Positions 20,263-31,100 of a stretch of DNA of 64,000 nucleotides are shown piece after piece. The position numbers were made by a program, and so were the translations under genes. The notes under the pieces are model-generated. The model was not told the origin of the DNA, ran no database searches, and was given only the letters and a program-made list of their open reading frames with translations. The stretch is from the NCBI GenBank assembly GCA_044347345.1, contig JBIKUX010000012.1, forward strand, positions 15,730-79,729, written 5' to 3'. How positions within the stretch are numbered: the stretch's first letter is position 1; each line of letters opens with the position of its first letter. The DNA comes from Bdellovibrionota bacterium (GTDB taxonomy: Bacteria > Bdellovibrionota_C > UBA2361 > JBIKUX01).

Positions 20263-21878
20263 AATCTTCGATTCTTGGCGCCGTTAAGCCTCATGGCATA
20301 GCTACTCATTCGCCTTCATCACAGTCTTTAACTTTGTTGCGACAGCGAGGATATTCAGACATCTTGCAGGAAAAGTATAAAGAACCTCTTGAAGTAGTTC
20401 ACCGACTCGATAAGGAGGTATCAGGTGTAATTATTTTTTCCAAATCATCTCAAACAACTCGATTCCTTTGCTTAGCTTTTGCAGAGCAAAAAGTATCAAA
20501 AGAGTATCTTTTTATTACAGAGCACCGAGTACCGGTTTCTTCTTTTGTAGTAAATATGCCACTAAAGCAAGTTAGAAATAACGGAATTAAAAAAAGTATC
20601 GTTTCCTCTGATGGAGCCCATTCAGAAACTTATTTTTCAGTTATTAGCTCTGATGGATCTTTTTCACTTTTACGAGCTATGCCCAAAAGTGGAAGAATGC
20701 ACCAAATCAGAGCCCATGCGGCAGCACAAGGAATTCCAATACTAGGAGACACTCTGTACGGAGGGCGCGCAATGCCACGCCTCATGCTTCACTCAGAACG
20801 GTTATCACTAACCCTAGAAGACGGTGAAAAATATCAATATACAGCACAGCCTCCTCGTTTTTTCACCGAACTTAAACTTCTTAATGATCACTTTATGGTC
20901 TCGCTTCTTAGTGGATTGTACAAACGTCTAGTAATTGCTCAACCAATAACTTTTAATACAACGCTTAGAGTAATTCATTTTGACGACATACCGTGGATGA
21001 CAGCTGATAAACTTGGTCCCGTACTGTGGGTCAATTGGTATCGCCCCACCCCTCCAACATCAAAAGAAGAGGAACAGCTTTCGTCAATTTTACCTGATAT
21101 TCAATGCTCAGGGATATTCGTTAATTTTATGGAAAATAAAGGTATGCATGGAGTACAACAATTTCCCTCCAAAATAATCGGAAATGTACCTGAAGTATGG
21201 AATGCCGTCGAAAATAATATTGACATAACACTTTCGCGTATTAGAGGACATTCTCCAGGCATATTTGTAGACCAACGAGGTAATCGTTCTACGGTTCGGT
21301 CTATCGCAAAAGGACGAACGGTTCTAAATCTGTTTTCATATAGTGGCTTGTTTTCTATCAGTGCAGGTCTTGGTGAAGCAAAAGAGGTTATTTCTGTCGA
21401 TACAAGTAAAACGGCTTTAGCCTGGTGTAACGAAAATTGGACTAAAAATAATTTACATAATGTACCGCATTCAACTATTTTAATGGACGCTCGTTCCTTC
21501 CTTGAACGTGCCTATCGACGAGGTAATAGCTTTGATTTGATTATCTGTGATCCTCCCTCTTTTTCCCGAGGAAAGGGAACACCATTTTCCATTAAGAGAG
21601 ATTATCAATTACTTCTTAAGCTTCTATTCCAAGTAACAAAACCAAAAGGAATAATTTTATTTGTCACTAATTACGCTGAATGGGAACATATACAATTTTG
21701 TAGTATCATGACGGATATTGCGAAAAAATACGGTGCGCTTAAATGTTCTTTCCCACTAGCTGAGCCAGATATAAGCTTAACTGGAGTAACTAACTTTTCA
21801 AAAAGCGTCTTGTTTGAGAAAGATGAACTAAAACCTCAACGTAAGTCGTCTGCGGAAACATATCAAAAGGTACGATAG
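20259..21878 (+). CDS. Fused RluA-family pseudouridine synthase / RlmI-RlmK-like SAM methyltransferase
   Basis: HRLDKEVSG, GRMHQIRAH, ILGDTLYG, LH; then GIFVDQRGNR, VLNLFSYSG, FDLIICDPPSF. Confidence 0.9.
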   Translation: MKSSILGAVKPHGIATHSPSSQSLTLLRQRGYSDILQEKYKEPLEVVHRLDKEVSGVIIFSKSSQTTRFLCLAFAEQKVSKEYLFITEHRVPVSSFVVNMPLKQVRNNGIKKSIVSSDGAHSETYFSVISSDGSFSLLRAMPKSGRMHQIRAHAAAQGIPILGDTLYGGRAMPRLMLHSERLSLTLEDGEKYQYTAQPPRFFTELKLLNDHFMVSLLSGLYKRLVIAQPITFNTTLRVIHFDDIPWMTADKLGPVLWVNWYRPTPPTSKEEEQLSSILPDIQCSGIFVNFMENKGMHGVQQFPSKIIGNVPEVWNAVENNIDITLSRIRGHSPGIFVDQRGNRSTVRSIAKGRTVLNLFSYSGLFSISAGLGEAKEVISVDTSKTALAWCNENWTKNNLHNVPHSTILMDARSFLERAYRRGNSFDLIICDPPSFSRGKGTPFSIKRDYQLLLKLLFQVTKPKGIILFVTNYAEWEHIQFCSIMTDIAKKYGALKCSFPLAEPDISLTGVTNFSKSVLFEKDELKPQRKSSAETYQKVR

Positions 21879-23121
21879 CCTGCACTTGCCATCCTTCTTT
21901 TTCCAGATTTTGAAGATCTCGGACAAGACTGGGTAAATAACAAGAGATCAAAAAAAGGTGCGTGCCATAATTCATCTTTGCAGCCAAAGAACCAAGTCCA
22001 GACCGAGGAGGGTCGGCAATTATAAGATCAACAGCTGAGGGTGGATACTTTAAAAAACTTTGAACTGACGATTGCTTAATCTCAAGATAATTTTCCAGTC
22101 CTTGAGAATTAGCAGCTTGCTGTAAAGCATCTACTAAGTCCAAATGGCACTCAACAGCCACGGTATGTATCATCTTAGCCGCAAGTGCTAATGAAAAATT
22201 ACCAGAGCCTGCGAAAAGATCATGAGCTGTTTTAATAGAGAGCAATTCAATCCAATCAGAAATACGTTTTAATAATCTACAATTTATTTCCCAATTAACT
22301 TGAGAAAAAGCTCCAGGAGAAAGCCAAACACTTGGATATTCGTGCTCAGAAGATAAAGGAAGAATAAAAAATTTATTCTTCCCACTGTAAGAATGAGCGA
22401 TTATCGAACCACGATGCTTGACGACAATGCGATCCCAATCACGTGTTAAAACTGATACGATTTCATCAGCTTGATTAACATAATCTTTTTCGTTTAACTC
22501 AACACAAACTCCAAAAATACCGTTAGCCTCCTCAATTTCAACCGCAACTGATATTCCTGGAATAACTGAACCGATATTTTTAAGTGAATTTATACGCTTA
22601 CTGAGTCCAATGGTTAAAACAGGGCACTCCTCAAGCGGAATCACTGAATGAGTCTTTGACCTATAAAATCCGGGCTCTCCCTGTGAACTAATATGTAAAG
22701 TAGAACGACGACGCCAGTTATAAGGCTCTGAGCGTTCCAGAGGAGATAACAACTCAATGTATCTACTATTTAATGAAGCAGCTCTAAAAGCCGCTTCAAT
22801 CATATCTTCTTTTGCTTCACAGGCAGAATTATAAGAAAGATGCTGTAATGAACATCCACCACACGACCCATAATAACGACACTCTGGAGTTGTACGTCCA
22901 CCGCTTGGCTCTAAAAGCGATACAATTTCGCCCTCAACATAGCGGCCTTTTTCTGCTGTAATTCTGAAGCTAACTAAGTCTCCCGGTGCACTAAACGGTA
23001 TAAATACAACCTTGCCATTTCGTTCACAGTTACTTGAAATGATACCTACCCCATTACCACCGAATCCTATGCTTCTAATACGCGCGTTTAGTAATAACTC
23101 AGCCATGAAAGTTTTTTTCAT
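21790..23121 (-). CDS. rlmD: 23S rRNA m5U methyltransferase (RlmD/RumA family)
   Basis: TRAM-like N-terminus, C.YYG.CGGC, FSQVN, DLFAGSGNF, DPPRSG, ISC, DMFPQT..VE. Confidence 0.88.
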   Translation of the reverse strand: MKKTFMAELLLNARIRSIGFGGNGVGIISSNCERNGKVVFIPFSAPGDLVSFRITAEKGRYVEGEIVSLLEPSGGRTTPECRYYGSCGGCSLQHLSYNSACEAKEDMIEAAFRAASLNSRYIELLSPLERSEPYNWRRRSTLHISSQGEPGFYRSKTHSVIPLEECPVLTIGLSKRINSLKNIGSVIPGISVAVEIEEANGIFGVCVELNEKDYVNQADEIVSVLTRDWDRIVVKHRGSIIAHSYSGKNKFFILPLSSEHEYPSVWLSPGAFSQVNWEINCRLLKRISDWIELLSIKTAHDLFAGSGNFSLALAAKMIHTVAVECHLDLVDALQQAANSQGLENYLEIKQSSVQSFLKYPPSAVDLIIADPPRSGLGSLAAKMNYGTHLFLISCYLPSLVRDLQNLEKEGWQVQAIVPFDMFPQTTYVEVLVHLSQTRRFLKS

Positions 23122-23204
23122 TAAAATTTATATCGCTTGCTATAGTAAGGTGTCGACACTTACGAAGAGATTCCCTAAAGGTCTAATGGAGGAAAGGTAG
23201 TATA

Positions 23205-23981
23205 ATGAAATCCCGATTAAAAGTTTTTCAGTTATTCCTTTTATTCTTAATTGCACAAACAATCTTCGTTATATCAACTACTTCTGCCCAACTTTATGAT
23301 TGTGGAGGAATAATAAAAAATACCCAATGTCAGGGTGGCAAGCTCCTTATGGAGGAATCCCCTTATACGGCTCCACCCCCAGAAGCGAAAGAAAAACATG
23401 AAAAAGAATTATTAATACAAAGATTAGAATCACTGACTCATCGTGCCAAACAACGATGGCAGGTTGATTACCTAATAGAACCAATTACCGTGCAGTGCCA
23501 AAACGTAACCGTAAGCGAATGTGCTCAATTAGTTGATCAGGCTCAGCGCGACATTAATTCTATCATTTCGTCTAAGGAGAACTCCGCTAGTAAAAACATG
23601 GCTAATGCCAAATCGCCTGCGCCCCCCCCATCGGTAACAATCAGCCCAAACGCAAATAATCAAGATACCCAAAGTACATCTATAGTCACTATTCTACCCC
23701 CTCCAATTATAATTAACGGCCCAAATGAAAAAAATTATTCAAATAAAACACGATATGGTCATCAAGATAATCAAATTTTAGTACAACCGCGCAACGGAGA
23801 CCTTGGCTCAAACTCAAACGGAGCGGTATACTATCCCCCAGAGCAAGAGCACGTTAGCCCAACGGTAGAAACAAACTCACCTACACCTCATGAGTCTCAA
23901 AGACAAAAGACAAGCGGTGCAGTAGTATTGCAACCTTATGACAGCGGAGCTCACAAAAGTAAGAGAGATAGGAATTTCTAG
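23205..23981 (+). CDS. Exported hypothetical protein
   Basis: Signal-peptide-like N-terminus, 4 Cys, P/N/S-rich disordered tail. Confidence 0.65.
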   Translation: MKSRLKVFQLFLLFLIAQTIFVISTTSAQLYDCGGIIKNTQCQGGKLLMEESPYTAPPPEAKEKHEKELLIQRLESLTHRAKQRWQVDYLIEPITVQCQNVTVSECAQLVDQAQRDINSIISSKENSASKNMANAKSPAPPPSVTISPNANNQDTQSTSIVTILPPPIIINGPNEKNYSNKTRYGHQDNQILVQPRNGDLGSNSNGAVYYPPEQEHVSPTVETNSPTPHESQRQKTSGAVVLQPYDSGAHKSKRDRNF

Positions 23982-23997
23982 CCCGCGATAATACTTC

Positions 23998-25794
23998 ATG
24001 AGTGACCAAAAACAAGGATCAAAAAGCATAGAGGCTATTCGCCTTCTTTTTCACGCCGCATGGAGAGCAACTTCTCAAGAGAGGTTGAAATTCTGGCTGT
24101 TTATATTTTGTTTTGTGCTCTCAAATCTTCTTGAACTACTTGTTCCTTGGATAATTGGATGGACCTTAGCAGTATTAGTAAAAGAAGGTCTTACTGATGC
24201 GGCATTCAAAACAAGCTTATTTGGAGTAAGTGGCTACGTCGCTGTCAGACTTACACATACTATCTTGCATCATTGTGCCCGGTACTTACAGCTACAAGTA
24301 GCCTATTCAGCAAGAATGTTTGAGATTCAACAAGTATTTCGGGGATTACTACAATTTCCTCTGAGCTGGCACATTCGTTGCCATTCTGGTGAGAGTTTAA
24401 GCAAATTATTTAGAGCAGCTGGCGCTATAGAAAGCACAATAGGTACTTATGTATGGCAAATAGTCGAAGGTCTTATCAAAGTTGCTTTTGCTAGCGTAGC
24501 TATCATTGCTCTCGATCTTTGGGTAGCTCTAAATGTTATAGTATTAGGCGGTCTTGCGATATTTGGAATGGTTTATTTTAATCGTCGCCTAACTCTAGCT
24601 TACCGTGCAAACAATATCTTTCTAAATAAGCTTAACCGTATTTGTGTAGACTATCTATCTCATCTAATAACAGTAAAAACGCTCTCATTAGAACCAGCCG
24701 CTGAAAGATATCTAGCCGACCAAGAGCCAGAAGGTCTGGTGCATTGCCGGCGCATCGCTCGCTTTTCAGAGCTAAAATGGAGCATGACAGGCATTGGTTA
24801 TGGCTTGGTAATTGGCAGCTCGCTTGTTATTTATTTCTACGGACACAGGGTTCGTGGAATTCCTATAGACATAGCCGCTGTCTATGTCCTTATTAATTAC
24901 TTAGATCGCATATTTGGAGCTATTGGTTCATTTACTGGTTACTACAGCGGCGTGATAGAAGCTTCAATCGCTTATGAAGATGCTACAGATATACTCTCAC
25001 AAGCTGCCGCATTACCTAAACGTAGCTCGATTACAGCTCTTCGCAGTGAGTGGCAAGGAGTTACAATAAATAATATCTCCTTCAGTTATGTACCAGGGGA
25101 ACCTGGTGGACTGCATGATCTTAAAATGATGCTTACCCGAGGAGAAAAAATAGCCCTTGTTGGCCCTAGTGGTGGTGGAAAATCAACTCTACTTAAAGTA
25201 CTTGGCGGAGTAATTGCTCCTCATCATGCTCAAATATACTCTGATATCGGTCGAGAAGTGCCAGTAGAGGATTTAGCAGATAGATCTCTATTAGTACCAC
25301 AAGAACCAGAAGTTTTTTCTGAAACTCTCTACTACAATCTTACGATGGGAGAGCGAATGAATTCCGATGAAATTAATAAAGTGATAGGTCTTTGTAGACT
25401 AGAAAGAGTAGTAGAGAAGCTTCCTCACGGCATTCACTCCTTTTTAGCGGAAAACGGTCGTAACTTATCTGTTGGTGAAAAGCAACGAGTTGCTCTTGCC
25501 AGAGGCCTGCTACGACTTGCTCGCAAAGAAATTTTGCTCCTCGATGAGCCAACATCTAGTTTAGATCCAGCTACAGAACGACTAATTTTTGAGAGAATTT
25601 TAAACGAATTTAAGGAGCGTACAGTCCTTACAGCATGTCATCGTCTAAACTTAATGCCTTTATTCGACAAAATCGCTTACGTAGCTGGTGGAAGAATAGA
25701 GGAAATGGGTCACTTTGAAGAGCTAAGACGCTCAGGAGGACTATTCCAAAAAGCTTGGGACGAATATGAACAGGGTGTATGTGCAATACTATAA
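23998..25794 (+). CDS. ABC exporter (fused TMD-NBD)
   Basis: TM region; GPSGGGKST, VPQE, LSVGEKQR, LLLDEPTSSLD, HR. Confidence 0.93.
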   Translation: MSDQKQGSKSIEAIRLLFHAAWRATSQERLKFWLFIFCFVLSNLLELLVPWIIGWTLAVLVKEGLTDAAFKTSLFGVSGYVAVRLTHTILHHCARYLQLQVAYSARMFEIQQVFRGLLQFPLSWHIRCHSGESLSKLFRAAGAIESTIGTYVWQIVEGLIKVAFASVAIIALDLWVALNVIVLGGLAIFGMVYFNRRLTLAYRANNIFLNKLNRICVDYLSHLITVKTLSLEPAAERYLADQEPEGLVHCRRIARFSELKWSMTGIGYGLVIGSSLVIYFYGHRVRGIPIDIAAVYVLINYLDRIFGAIGSFTGYYSGVIEASIAYEDATDILSQAAALPKRSSITALRSEWQGVTINNISFSYVPGEPGGLHDLKMMLTRGEKIALVGPSGGGKSTLLKVLGGVIAPHHAQIYSDIGREVPVEDLADRSLLVPQEPEVFSETLYYNLTMGERMNSDEINKVIGLCRLERVVEKLPHGIHSFLAENGRNLSVGEKQRVALARGLLRLARKEILLLDEPTSSLDPATERLIFERILNEFKERTVLTACHRLNLMPLFDKIAYVAGGRIEEMGHFEELRRSGGLFQKAWDEYEQGVCAIL

Positions 25795-25836
25795 AAAATT
25801 GACCGAAAATCATTTTTACGGCCAACAAATCAAGTG

Positions 25837-26565
25837 CTAAACAGGTTGAATGCTTCCTAAGCCTCCGTCTATACCTATAACCTGACCAGTAATCCAACTT
25901 GATTGTGGATCGATTAAATATGCCACAAGAGATGCAATTTCCTCAGCCGTACCAGTTCGCTTCAAAGCATGTACATTTTGCGAGTACTCTAAAGCTCGCT
26001 GATTGGTAAATATCTTAGAGGCAAGTGGGGTGTCTACAAGACCAGGTGCTACACAATTAACACGAATTCTTGGAGCGTAGGTTGCTGCAGCAGAGAGTGT
26101 AAGGCCTACTATACCTGCCTTTGCCGCTGCGACAACTTCGTGTTGTTTTATACCTATGCGCGCTGCAGCAGATGAAAATAAAATTATACTGCCACCTTCT
26201 TGACTTATAATTTGAGAGCCATATTTAACGACAGCAAATGCAGTTGTAAGATTTTGCTCTATCACTTGACGATACTCATCCTCTCGAGTCAAGTGAGCAG
26301 GCTTAACAAGTATTGCACCCGCACAATTTACAACAGCGGTTAAAGAACCTATTTTTTCTTTTATCTCTCTAAAAAAATTTTCAACCTCATCAAAATGAGT
26401 CGCATCAACTGAACGTACAAAAATATCACCTAAAGAATTTTTTACTTCTATTAGTTTAGCTTCATCTCTTGCACAAATAGCAACTTCAACGCCTTTTGCC
26501 TTGAGATGTCGGCAAAGAGCTAAACCAATACCACTACTTCCTCCAATTATTGCTACTTTTTCCAT
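25837..26565 (-). CDS. SDR family oxidoreductase
   Basis: GGSSGIG, VNCAG, AAAKAG, RVNCVAPGLVDT, ITGQ..IDGG; start at 26565 with GGAG RBS. Confidence 0.92.
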   Translation of the reverse strand: MEKVAIIGGSSGIGLALCRHLKAKGVEVAICARDEAKLIEVKNSLGDIFVRSVDATHFDEVENFFREIKEKIGSLTAVVNCAGAILVKPAHLTREDEYRQVIEQNLTTAFAVVKYGSQIISQEGGSIILFSSAAARIGIKQHEVVAAAKAGIVGLTLSAAATYAPRIRVNCVAPGLVDTPLASKIFTNQRALEYSQNVHALKRTGTAEEIASLVAYLIDPQSSWITGQVIGIDGGLGSIQPV

Positions 26566-26634
26566 TGCATATTTCTCCAAGCTATCATCAATCATAATAG
26601 ACAATAGTTTTTATCCATACGAGAGGCTATTCTA

Positions 26635-28017
26635 ATGCAAAAGAAACAATCAAGATGGATCTTGGCAGGTTTTATTCTTCTGAGCTCTGTTAGATTTGTT
26701 TATGTTTTAGGTGATCTTTGGCTTGATGAAATATGGAGTCTTTTTGCAGCCCACGGTGTAGGGGATTTTCCACTATTTGATGGACACCTATCTTTATACA
26801 CCAAATTTTTGAAAATTTTTCTGCTACAAACTAATCCCTATTTGTTACGTTTTCCCAGTACTATCTGCGCTCTAACCGGTACTTTTATTTTTATTTATCT
26901 TACTCCCTTTATAACAACTCCTGTGAGACTTATTTGGGGAGTATTGGTGCTACCATCATTTTTTTTAGCGCTTTATGGCAGTGAAGCTAGACCTTACGGG
27001 GGAATGATACTTTTTGGAGCTCTCTCCATTATCAGCTTTTTAAAAATAATAAAAGGATATCTTTATCCTTATCTATTTATTTTTTGGTTTACCACAATTT
27101 TAACACTTTCAATTCATCTTTCATTTATATTCACATATACAGGACTCCTCATTTATTCGTTAATTAAAATCTTATCTAATTTTAAAAGTATTAATATACA
27201 TGCGTATATTCATTCACTTCCTACAATAGGATTAGCTATATTTTGGTATGTCAATCTTAATAATCTGCCAACGAGTACCGGTAGTCGACTATCTTACCTA
27301 TCCAGTTTAGTTAATCTTGTAAGTGCTACATTTGGTGGACCTTTAATAACTGCTTGTTCAGAAACTTTCACTATTATCGCTCTTATTTTATTTTTATGCC
27401 TCTTGGCAATTAGTCTTGTTGTACTGACCAAACTCCCAAAAGAACATGCGCAATTACTCTGCTCCATACTTATACTTGGGCCGGTTCTTGTTATGCTTTT
27501 TCTTAGACCAACTCTTATTTATCCTCGCTATTTTCTTATGCAATCGTATGTACTAACTCTGTTAGTAGCAATTGCTTTATCATCAGGTCTAGTTTATGGA
27601 AGATTTCTGAGATATCTATCTCTTATTATTTTAACCGGCATATTTATAGGTAATATTGCACAAGCAATTTTTTTTGCTAAAGTTAAAAGAGGTGAACCAA
27701 GTAAAATTATTTCCTTACTTTACAAAGAGCAACCAACCTCCTTAGGCGTAGATCACGATTTTCGCATACCTTTAGTATTTAATTACTTGCAACAGTATTA
27801 TCCTGAATATAATGGTGCACAGTGGACGACTCTTTCTTATAAAGATAGCTCTACTACTACAAATACATCTTTATTTTCTCATCTGGTTACTCACACATTT
27901 GACCCATATTGTTCGTCTACACAAAAGTTCCCCAAATGTACAAAATTAATTTCAACTTCTTACAATGGACTCGCTGGATGGGGATGGACAGTTTTTCGGT
28001 GTAACAAGCAAGATTAG
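26635..28017 (+). CDS. GT-C type membrane glycosyltransferase
   Basis: LWLDE in first loop, LRFPS, EARPY, PRY, many TM helices. Confidence 0.75.
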   Translation: MQKKQSRWILAGFILLSSVRFVYVLGDLWLDEIWSLFAAHGVGDFPLFDGHLSLYTKFLKIFLLQTNPYLLRFPSTICALTGTFIFIYLTPFITTPVRLIWGVLVLPSFFLALYGSEARPYGGMILFGALSIISFLKIIKGYLYPYLFIFWFTTILTLSIHLSFIFTYTGLLIYSLIKILSNFKSINIHAYIHSLPTIGLAIFWYVNLNNLPTSTGSRLSYLSSLVNLVSATFGGPLITACSETFTIIALILFLCLLAISLVVLTKLPKEHAQLLCSILILGPVLVMLFLRPTLIYPRYFLMQSYVLTLLVAIALSSGLVYGRFLRYLSLIILTGIFIGNIAQAIFFAKVKRGEPSKIISLLYKEQPTSLGVDHDFRIPLVFNYLQQYYPEYNGAQWTTLSYKDSSTTTNTSLFSHLVTHTFDPYCSSTQKFPKCTKLISTSYNGLAGWGWTVFRCNKQD

Positions 28018-28245
28018 TAATAAATCAAATTACACAGTTATTAAATTTATCTACCTTAAATCTTTCATACGATTTCATAATCAAAAAATCATACAAGACT
28101 AAAGTATTTAATAGCCAATAAAACACTTTAATTACTATACTTAATTATTGATATTTATATATTTGCTTGATATACCAAATATGTTAATTTTATATGAGCC
28201 ACTAAATGGCTTACCGATTTAACATTTTAATCGCAGAAACAAATC

Positions 28246-30405
28246 ATGACTCTCAAGCGCTCGAAAGCTATTACTATCATCACTGTTTTCATTTATTTTG
28301 TTTGTTTTATCCATAACAAAGCCTACTCTGAAGAAGCAACAGAATTCTCAACACTTGATCCTTTAAATGTTCAATCCGACTATCTACCCAAAACTGTCTA
28401 CCATATGCCTCCAGACACAGAAGATGGGAAAATATATGCTGGAAAAAAAACTACTACAGTTCCCTTAGAAACCCTCCCCACAATCACTACAAATAATTAT
28501 AGGCAAGCCCTTTCTCAAATCTCAGGCCTCCTCGTTAGCGAAGTCTCTAATGAAAGTTTTGCTAGCCTCAATTACCGAGGTATTGGCGACCCACACGAAT
28601 CATTCAATTTAATGCTACTACAGGATGGTATACCAATTAGTGCCGACCCATACGGATATCCTGCCGCATATTATCAACCCCCTCTTGAATCTATTGAAAC
28701 CGTTGAATTTGTCCGAGGAGGGGCTGGACTCCTATATGGCCCACTTCCAGGAGGCTCACTAAACTTTATTTCACAAAGACCACCCTTCGATAAAAGTTTC
28801 GATATTAAAAGCCGAAATATTTTCGGTTCAAAAAATTTCTTCTCTACTTACAATCAAATAGCCGGCAGCTCCAAAGACGCTCAATACTTTGGATTTTTAC
28901 ATCACCGCAGATCAGATGGCTTCAGAAGCACTAACAGCGATTATGAGATCTCCAATGGTGAAGTCCGTCTAACAACCGATACGTCTACTGAAACCTCGAT
29001 CAATATATCGATGAATGCGTACAATGCAGATAGTGGAGAAGCAGGTGGACTAGGTAATACTACCGCTCCCGGAGTAGCCTCCTATAATGAGAACCGATTC
29101 CAAACTACTAGAGAATACGATCGTCTGCGAATAGAGAGATATGCTCCGCGAGTTGACGTAATCCATGAATTCGATTCCAACACAAAACTAATAAACAACT
29201 CCTGGTTCACTTACCTGAGACGATACAGTAAGCGTCAAGACTTAGGAGGAGCCCCTACGCCTCCTCCCACATTTGGCGGTTTTGCGTTAGGCAACACTAA
29301 CACTATCGCTATTCAAGAATTCTACACTACGGGAAACCAAACTCGAGTTTCTCATAATTATGAACTAGGCGGAGAAAAACATAGTCTCACCAGCGGTATT
29401 CAAATATTAAACACATCTTCTCCATTTCAAACTCAGAAAGGAGATAATCCAAATAGCGAAGCAGGTTCTGTTCAAAGAAATATAGACCGAAATACCACCA
29501 CAGCAGCTCTTTTTGCCGAAAATTTATTTCGTATTGGTAAGTGGCGCATAACTCCAGGCTTACGCGTTGAAAATATTTGGCAAAACTTAGACGAAAATAA
29601 AGATATAAACGCTACTACACCTCTACGCTCAACAAATAATTTCAATGCAGTACCATTATTTGGTCTTGGCATCGGACATGACATTCTCACTTCCGGTGAA
29701 TGGTACAGCAATATTTCTCAAGGCTATCGTCCCGTTACATACCAAGATGCTCTTCCACTCGGACCAGGCGATACAATTAGTAAAAATCTTGATGAAACAA
29801 ATATTATCAACTACGAAACTGGTATTAGAGGTACCAAAGAAGATTGGTTAAATTGGGATACAAGCTTATTTTTAATAGATTTCGATAATCAAGTTGGACG
29901 TGTAGGAACCGAAATTCAAAATGTTGGAAGAGCTAAATACATGGGAGCAGACCTCGCTCTAGAATTAGATCTGTTACATCTCTCAAATAAAATTTCTAAT
30001 AACTCAGCTACAAATAGCTGGGGCTCTTTATCTTGGTACGGTAATATATCACTACTTAAGGCCGAGTTTACCAAGGGACCAGTAGACGGAAAAACACCAC
30101 AATATGCACCCGACTATCTCCTTAAAACCGGAGCCATATGGCGTCGTGAAGGACTAAAAGTAGCATTACTCGGAAATTTAATTGGTGACCACTTTGGAGA
30201 TGATGCAAACTCAACAGAAAGATACATTCCATCTTTCAGATTATGGGATCTCACAGCCGATATCCCCATTTATGGTGATTGGGCATCAATAACTACTGGA
30301 GTAAACAATATCTTTGATGAAACATATTACTCACGAGTTCGCGGTAATGGGATTGAACCAGGAAATCCACGTAACTGGTATGCTGGCCTAACTCTACAAT
30401 TTTAA
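28246..30405 (+). CDS. TonB-dependent receptor (FecA-like)
   Basis: Signal peptide, plug motifs LQDGIP and IETVEFVRGG..LLYG, GVNNIFD, C-terminal Phe. Confidence 0.93.
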   Translation: MTLKRSKAITIITVFIYFVCFIHNKAYSEEATEFSTLDPLNVQSDYLPKTVYHMPPDTEDGKIYAGKKTTTVPLETLPTITTNNYRQALSQISGLLVSEVSNESFASLNYRGIGDPHESFNLMLLQDGIPISADPYGYPAAYYQPPLESIETVEFVRGGAGLLYGPLPGGSLNFISQRPPFDKSFDIKSRNIFGSKNFFSTYNQIAGSSKDAQYFGFLHHRRSDGFRSTNSDYEISNGEVRLTTDTSTETSINISMNAYNADSGEAGGLGNTTAPGVASYNENRFQTTREYDRLRIERYAPRVDVIHEFDSNTKLINNSWFTYLRRYSKRQDLGGAPTPPPTFGGFALGNTNTIAIQEFYTTGNQTRVSHNYELGGEKHSLTSGIQILNTSSPFQTQKGDNPNSEAGSVQRNIDRNTTTAALFAENLFRIGKWRITPGLRVENIWQNLDENKDINATTPLRSTNNFNAVPLFGLGIGHDILTSGEWYSNISQGYRPVTYQDALPLGPGDTISKNLDETNIINYETGIRGTKEDWLNWDTSLFLIDFDNQVGRVGTEIQNVGRAKYMGADLALELDLLHLSNKISNNSATNSWGSLSWYGNISLLKAEFTKGPVDGKTPQYAPDYLLKTGAIWRREGLKVALLGNLIGDHFGDDANSTERYIPSFRLWDLTADIPIYGDWASITTGVNNIFDETYYSRVRGNGIEPGNPRNWYAGLTLQF

Positions 30406-30423
30406 TTGAGCTAACAGGTAGTC

Positions 30424-31047
30424 TTAGCAAACAAGGGGTACGAAACGTACCGGCATAATTACTTCTTCTGAAATCTGCCCCTTGTTATTTTCCACAACCG
30501 TAAGCTGCTGACCATTAGTCCCAACAGGAATTATAAGTCGTCCACCGTCAGCAAGCTGGCTACTTAGAGCAGAAGGTATCTCCTTAGCAGCAGCAGCTAC
30601 CAGTATTGCATTAAAAGGAGCCTCATCAATCCATCCACTTACTCCGTCACCAATTCTTACTGAAATATTCTTATAGCCGAGGTGATCTAAAGTCTTCCGA
30701 GCTCGATTTGCTAATGCAGGTATTCGCTCGATTGAGTAAACAAAACTGGCTAATAAACTAAGAATCGCGGCTTGATATCCGGAACCCGTACCAATATCTA
30801 AAATACGATGCTGTGGCTTAATTTGCGCCAATGAACACATAAGAGCAACCATATATGGCTGGGATATAGTCTGATGAAATCCTATAGGAAGTGGTTCATC
30901 AGAATAAGCTCTGTTCTGATATTCTAATGGAACAAATTCATGCCGAGGAACCGTTCTCATGGCTCCCTGAACACGTGGGTCGCAGATATTTCGGCCAGCT
31001 ATTTGTTCAGCTACCATCTTTCTAATGGAGCCAGTAAAACTGTCCAT
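30424..31047 (-). CDS. pcm: Protein-L-isoaspartate O-methyltransferase
   Basis: VPRHEFVP, AY.D.PLPIG..QTISQP, DIGTGSGYQAA, VRFVPL. Confidence 0.96.
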   Translation of the reverse strand: MDSFTGSIRKMVAEQIAGRNICDPRVQGAMRTVPRHEFVPLEYQNRAYSDEPLPIGFHQTISQPYMVALMCSLAQIKPQHRILDIGTGSGYQAAILSLLASFVYSIERIPALANRARKTLDHLGYKNISVRIGDGVSGWIDEAPFNAILVAAAAKEIPSALSSQLADGGRLIIPVGTNGQQLTVVENNKGQISEEVIMPVRFVPLVC

Positions 31048-31100
31048 TAATTGATATTACCCTTATTTTTTGACAGTGTTTTTTGATTTGAGCCTAATCG

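Noticed and set aside
28018-28245. Fur box or riboswitch upstream of the TonB receptor
   Set aside because: Very AT-rich, with no convincing GATAATGATAATCATTATC match or riboswitch core.
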